A stretch of 64,000 nucleotides of DNA from an uncultured Gemmatimonadales bacterium (GTDB lineage Bacteria; Gemmatimonadota; Gemmatimonadetes; Gemmatimonadales; GWC2-71-9): positions 192,001 through 256,000 of the forward strand of contig CAVYSW010000003.1 in NCBI GenBank assembly GCA_963771275.1. Direction: 5' to 3'. The notes under the pieces were generated by a model. That model was not told the DNA's origin and ran no database searches. It saw nothing but the letters and a program-made list of their open reading frames with translations. Position numbers and translations under genes: made by a program. Below, piece by piece: positions 60,124 through 64,000 of this stretch (its first letter is position 1; every line of letters starts with the position of its first letter).

Positions 60124-60516
60124 CTACTTCAACTCGACGGTCGCTCCCTGCTCCTCGAGCTTTTTCTTGACAGCTTCCGCCTCGTCCTTCGTCACGCCTT
60201 CCTTCACGGTGCCCGGCGCGTTGTCCACCAGGTCCTTGGCCTCTTTCAGGCCGAGCGTCGTCACCTCGCGCACGGCCTTGATCACCTGGATCTTCTTGGC
60301 TCCCACTTCCTTGAGAACCACGGTGAACTCCGTCTTCTCTTCCGCCGCGGGCGCCGCGTCCCCGCCACCGCCCGCCGCCGCCGCGGCCACCGGCGCCGCC
60401 GCGATCGTGACGTTGAACTTCTCCTTGAACGCCTCGATCAGATCAGCCAGCTCCATGACCGTCATGTTGCTGATCGCCTCGAGGATCTCGCCCTTGCTCA
60501 GAGTCGTGGTGGCCAT
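60124..60516 (-). CDS. rplL: 50S ribosomal protein L7/L12
   Basis: [26 protein letters not shown]. Confidence 0.98.
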   Translation of the reverse strand: MATTTLSKGEILEAISNMTVMELADLIEAFKEKFNVTIAAAPVAAAAAGGGGDAAPAAEEKTEFTVVLKEVGAKKIQVIKAVREVTTLGLKEAKDLVDNAPGTVKEGVTKDEAEAVKKKLEEQGATVELK

Positions 60517-60542
60517 CGCGTGCTCTCTTTCCCCCAACCAGG

Positions 60543-61064
60543 TTACGCAGCTTCGGCGCGCTGCTTGTGGAGCGCCTCCAGGGCGCCAACCCATTGATAC
60601 AGCAACCCGTTCATGGCGCCCAGGAACCCCTGCAACGGCGCCTGCAAGCCACCCGCGAGCTGGCCGAGCAACTCGGCGCGCGACGGGAGCCTTGCGAGCT
60701 TCTGCACGTCCTGCGCGGTGATCGGCCGGCCTTCCACCAGCCCCGCCTTCACCGTGAACGCCTCGGCTTCCTTCTGGAAGTCGGTGATGATCTTCGCCGC
60801 CGTGACCGGATCCGCTGCGAACACGAACCCGGTGGGGCCCGCCAGCCGCTCCGCGAGTCCGGTGACCGTCGCCTCCGCAAACGCCCGCCCCGCCAGCGTG
60901 TTCTTCACGACGACGTACTCCAGCCCGGCCGCGCGCAGCCGCCGACGGAGATCCGTCATCTGCTTCACCCGGAGGCCGGTGAAGTCCGTGAGGTACAGGT
61001 TGGGCAGTCGCGCCAGCCGTTCGCGGATGTCGGCGACGATCGTGGCCTTCTCCGTGCGATTCAT
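60543..61064 (-). CDS. rplJ: 50S ribosomal protein L10
   Basis: [19 protein letters not shown]. Confidence 0.97.
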   Translation of the reverse strand: MNRTEKATIVADIRERLARLPNLYLTDFTGLRVKQMTDLRRRLRAAGLEYVVVKNTLAGRAFAEATVTGLAERLAGPTGFVFAADPVTAAKIITDFQKEAEAFTVKAGLVEGRPITAQDVQKLARLPSRAELLGQLAGGLQAPLQGFLGAMNGLLYQWVGALEALHKQRAEAA

Positions 61065-61747
61065 CGATACCCCGCCGTGTCGACCGGAACGCCCGGCCCC
61101 ATGGTGCTGGAAACGGTCACCGAGCGCAGGAACGTCCCCTTGGCGGCCGCAGGCTTCGCCCGCACGACCGCCTCCACGAAGACGTTGAGATTCTCGTGGA
61201 GCTGCTCCTTGGAGAACGAGACCTTGCCGATCGGGCCGTGGATGTTGCCGGTCTTGTCCACGCGGAACTCGATCTTGCCCGCCTTGATCTCCTTGATCGC
61301 CCGCGCGATGTCCATCGTGACCGTGCCGGACTTCGGATTCGGCATCAGGCCGCGCGGCCCCAGAATGCGGCCGAGCTGGCCGACCTGCCCCATCATGTCC
61401 GGCGTGGCCACAATCACGTCACAGTCCAGCCAGCCATCCTTGATCTTCTGGATGTACTCCGGCCCGACGCAGTCCGCGCCCGCCGCCTCGGCCTCCTTCG
61501 CCTTGTCCCCCTGGGCCAGGGCCAGCACCCGCACGGTCTTCCCCACCCCGTGCGGGAGTACCACCGTCCCGCGGACGATCTGATCGGCGTGCCGCGGATC
61601 CACCCCGAGATTCATCGCCACGTCCACCGATTCGTCGAACTTGGCGAATGCCGCCTTCTTGACGATCTCGACCGCCAGGCTCGGCACATACCGCTGCGTG
61701 CGATCGACCGTCGCCGCGGCGGTCCGGAACTGCTTGCCCGCCGGCAT
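61061..61747 (-). CDS. rplA: 50S ribosomal protein L1
   Basis: [29 protein letters not shown]. Confidence 0.98.
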   Translation of the reverse strand: MPAGKQFRTAAATVDRTQRYVPSLAVEIVKKAAFAKFDESVDVAMNLGVDPRHADQIVRGTVVLPHGVGKTVRVLALAQGDKAKEAEAAGADCVGPEYIQKIKDGWLDCDVIVATPDMMGQVGQLGRILGPRGLMPNPKSGTVTMDIARAIKEIKAGKIEFRVDKTGNIHGPIGKVSFSKEQLHENLNVFVEAVVRAKPAAAKGTFLRSVTVSSTMGPGVPVDTAGYR

Positions 61748-62172
61748 CAGTCCACCACCTCGATCCCCATGGACCGTGCGGTCCCCGCGATGATGCGCAT
61801 CGCCGCGTCGACGTCGTTCGCGTTCAAGTCCGGCATCTTGAGCTCGGCGATCCGGCGCACCTGGGCATGCGTCACCTTCGCCACCTTGTCGCGGTTGGGC
61901 GCCGGCGACCCCTTCTCGAGTCCCGCCTCTTTCTTGAGCAGCGCCGCCGCCGGTGGCGTCTTGGTGATGAAGGTGAAGCTCCGATCCTGGTAGATCGTCA
62001 CTTCCACCGGAATCACCATCCCCGGCTGGCTCTGGGTGCGCGCGTTGAACTGCTTGCAGAACTCCATGATGTTGACACCCTGCGGACCCAGGGCGGTACC
62101 AACCGGAGGCGCCGGCGTTGCTGCGCCAGCCGTGACCTGCAGCTTCACGAAGCCGATCTGCCGTTTCGCCAT
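61747..62172 (-). CDS. rplK: 50S ribosomal protein L11
   Basis: [25 protein letters not shown]. Confidence 0.99.
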   Translation of the reverse strand: MAKRQIGFVKLQVTAGAATPAPPVGTALGPQGVNIMEFCKQFNARTQSQPGMVIPVEVTIYQDRSFTFITKTPPAAALLKKEAGLEKGSPAPNRDKVAKVTHAQVRRIAELKMPDLNANDVDAAMRIIAGTARSMGIEVVD

Positions 62173-62326
62173 GCACTCCTCACTCGCGCCGGGACCGGGT
62201 CCCTGGCTGCCACGTATGCCCCGTGGTCGTGGTACTGCCGCTCGATTCTCGCCCGCCGTCGTCGAACGGTGGCGTCCCTGCTCCGCTCCGCGCTGCCACC
62301 GCCCCCCGGTGCCGGGGAGGCCGGGG

Positions 62327-62869
62327 TCAGTGCCCCCGCAACTGCAGGTAGTCCAGCTCGACCGTCGTGGGGCGTCCGAACAGGCTCACGCTCACCCGCA
62401 CCTTCCCCTTGTCCGTGAGCACCTCTTCCACCGTGCCGCTGAAATCGGTGAACGGCCCTTCCATGATCTCCACGACCTGGCCCACGAGGAACGGGATCTC
62501 CTCGCGGGGCGCCGTCTCCGCCGCCGGCTCCACGATGCCGAGCAGCCGGTTGACCTCGTCCTGGCGCAGCGGCTGAGGCGTCCACCCCTGACCCACGAAC
62601 TTGATGACGCCCTGCAGGCTGTTGATGATATGGAGCGACTCCTGGGTCATGACCATCTCGACCAGCACGTACCCGGGATAGCGCTTCCGCTCAACCTGGA
62701 CCTTCTTGCCGTTCTTGATCTCGATCACCTGCTCCGTCGGGACCAGCGCCTGCCGAATGAGCCGGTCCTCCGGCGCCTTCGGATCCTGGTCGATCCGGCG
62801 CTGGATCAGCGAGCGGACCTTGTTCTCATGGCCCGCCGTCGTCTGAATCGCGTACCACCGCGCCTCCAT
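62327..62869 (-). CDS. nusG: Transcription termination/antitermination factor NusG
   Basis: [33 protein letters not shown]. Confidence 0.97.
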   Translation of the reverse strand: MEARWYAIQTTAGHENKVRSLIQRRIDQDPKAPEDRLIRQALVPTEQVIEIKNGKKVQVERKRYPGYVLVEMVMTQESLHIINSLQGVIKFVGQGWTPQPLRQDEVNRLLGIVEPAAETAPREEIPFLVGQVVEIMEGPFTDFSGTVEEVLTDKGKVRVSVSLFGRPTTVELDYLQLRGH

Positions 62870-62880
62870 GCCGACCTCGA

Positions 62881-63138
62881 TCACCGCAGTGCACGGCCCA
62901 GGAGATCGATCAACACCCACGACGAGATCAGGTCCATCAGGCCGATGATCAGGCCGATGACGATCACGAACACGATGATCACGATCGTGGTCCGCCGCAG
63001 GTCGTCCCACGTGGGCCACGTGACCTTGTCGACCTCCGCGCGCACCTCGCGGACGTACGTCACGACCCGCTGCAGGAACCCGCCGACCCGGCGGGCAAGC
63101 CCCGTGCGCTCCTCAGCCCCCGTCGCCACGACCGCCAC
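62881..63138 (-). CDS. secE: Preprotein translocase SecE
   Basis: EVDKVTWPT plus one TM; start approximate. Confidence 0.92.
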   Translation of the reverse strand: MAVVATGAEERTGLARRVGGFLQRVVTYVREVRAEVDKVTWPTWDDLRRTTIVIIVFVIVIGLIIGLMDLISSWVLIDLLGRALR

Positions 63139-63139
63139 C

Positions 63140-63292
63140 TTACTTGGATTCCTTGTGGGGCTTGTACGTCCCACAGCGCGGGCAGAACTTCTTCCACTCG
63201 ACGCGCTCCGGGTGCTTCCGCCGGTTCTTCGTCGTGAAGTAGTTCCGACTCTTGCAGTCGGTGCATTCCATGATGATGTTCTCACGCGGCAT
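63140..63292 (-). CDS. rpmG: 50S ribosomal protein L33 (zinc-binding type; not in ORF track)
   Basis: Manual translation [50 protein letters not shown]. Confidence 0.97.
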   Translation of the reverse strand: MPRENIIMECTDCKSRNYFTTKNRRKHPERVEWKKFCPRCGTYKPHKESK

Positions 63293-63355
63293 ACGCGCCT
63301 CTCGCTGATCGGGGCCGCGCCGCGGCGCCGCCCCCCTGCTCCCGACTCACCCCAG

Positions 63356-63427
63356 AGCTCGCGATGGGGATTGAACCCATGGCCTCGTCCTTACCAAGGA
63401 CGCGCTCTACCACTGAGCTACGCGAGC
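63356..63427 (-). tRNA. tRNA-Thr(GGT), CCA not encoded
   Basis: Cloverleaf GCTCGCG acceptor, anticodon loop TTGGTAA, TTCAA T-loop. Confidence 0.95.
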
Positions 63428-63432
63428 CTCTA

Positions 63433-63505
63433 AGCGGGCGACGGGACTCGAACCCGCGACCCTCAGCTTGGAAGGCTGATGCTCTACCAACTGAGCTACA
63501 CCCGC
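63433..63505 (-). tRNA. tRNA-Gly(TCC), CCA not encoded
   Basis: GCGGGTG acceptor, loop CTTCCAA, GGTTCGAGT. Confidence 0.95.
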
Positions 63506-63568
63506 GGAGCCTGGCCCCACCGTCTGCCCCGATTACCAGACGTCGCGCTCCCGGGCGCGGCGCCCACA

Positions 63569-63651
<83 letters not shown>

Positions 63652-63736
63652 CTGCCCGCGCCAGTCCGCTCAGCAGACCACCCCGCAGGCAACGCGGGGT
63701 GGCCGTGCGCGCAGGACGAGCGCCTGCCTCGCATGC

Positions 63737-63812
63737 TGGAGCTGACGAAGGGACTCGAACCCTTAACCTGCTGATTACAAATCAGCTGCTCTGCCAGTTG
63801 AGCTACGTCAGC
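63737..63812 (-). tRNA. tRNA-Thr(TGT), CCA encoded
   Basis: GCTGACG acceptor, loop TTTGTAA, ends TCCA. Confidence 0.95.
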
Positions 63813-63838
63813 CTTGGGCCATTTTTTGCGAGACTTGT

Positions 63839-63867
63839 ACCTTAACCTGCGGTGGAAGGAGAGTCAA
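63839..63867 (-). promoter_or_regulatory. Sigma70-type promoter for tRNA cluster
   Basis: TTGACT-N17-TAAGGT. Confidence 0.65.
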
Positions 63868-63886
63868 CGCCCCACCCGTCGCCAAC

Positions 63887-64000
63887 TTACGCGCCCCCCG
63901 CCTCCCTGCTCCCCGGTCCCGACCGCACCCGCCAGCGCGTCCCCTGCGGGGTGTCCTCCAGCTCGACCCCGCGCGCCGCGAGCTCGTCGCGAATCGCGTC
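63887..64000 (-). CDS. cysS: Cysteine--tRNA ligase, 3' end only
   Basis: DAIRDELAARGVELEDTPQGTRWR is the typical CysRS C-terminal anticodon-domain motif. Confidence 0.8.
   Translation of the reverse strand, partial: DAIRDELAARGVELEDTPQGTRWRVRSGPGSREAGGA

Overview
GC-rich bacterial chromosome window. The gene repertoire and lineage-type insertions in RpoB and EF-Tu suggest Gemmatimonadota (inferred, not tested). About 34.7-64 kb is the core translation/transcription supercluster on the minus strand: cysS 3' end, tRNA-Thr/Tyr/Gly/Thr, rpmG-secE-nusG-rplKAJL-rpoBC, str, S10 and spc operons, secY-adk-map. It stops after map and has no tuf or tRNA-Trp at the secE locus. About 0-34 kb holds envelope and metabolic genes: FHA-trypsin protease/lipoprotein/beta-barrel operon, anmK-murQ, ggt, ccdA, Fur-arginine decarboxylase-agmatinase, priA, a TonB receptor, two zinc peptidases, glyQS, glycerate kinase, purA, a DapA-like aldolase, a degenerate PilT, trpS and suhB. 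Two regions stand out. First, a tightly coupled five-gene operon at 15.3-19.5 kb: small unknown protein, free-standing ubiquitin-like protein, 2-TM protein, HDAC-family deacetylase, PriA. Second, a ~4 kb accessory island at 8.85-12.8 kb with a frameshifted orphan RHS toxin/immunity pair, one intact and one relic XRE regulator, and a DUF433/PIN toxin-antitoxin pair. Frameshifts cluster at 10.1-13.5 kb, including speB, and could be gene decay or local assembly error. All assignments come from motif recognition by eye; no searches were run.
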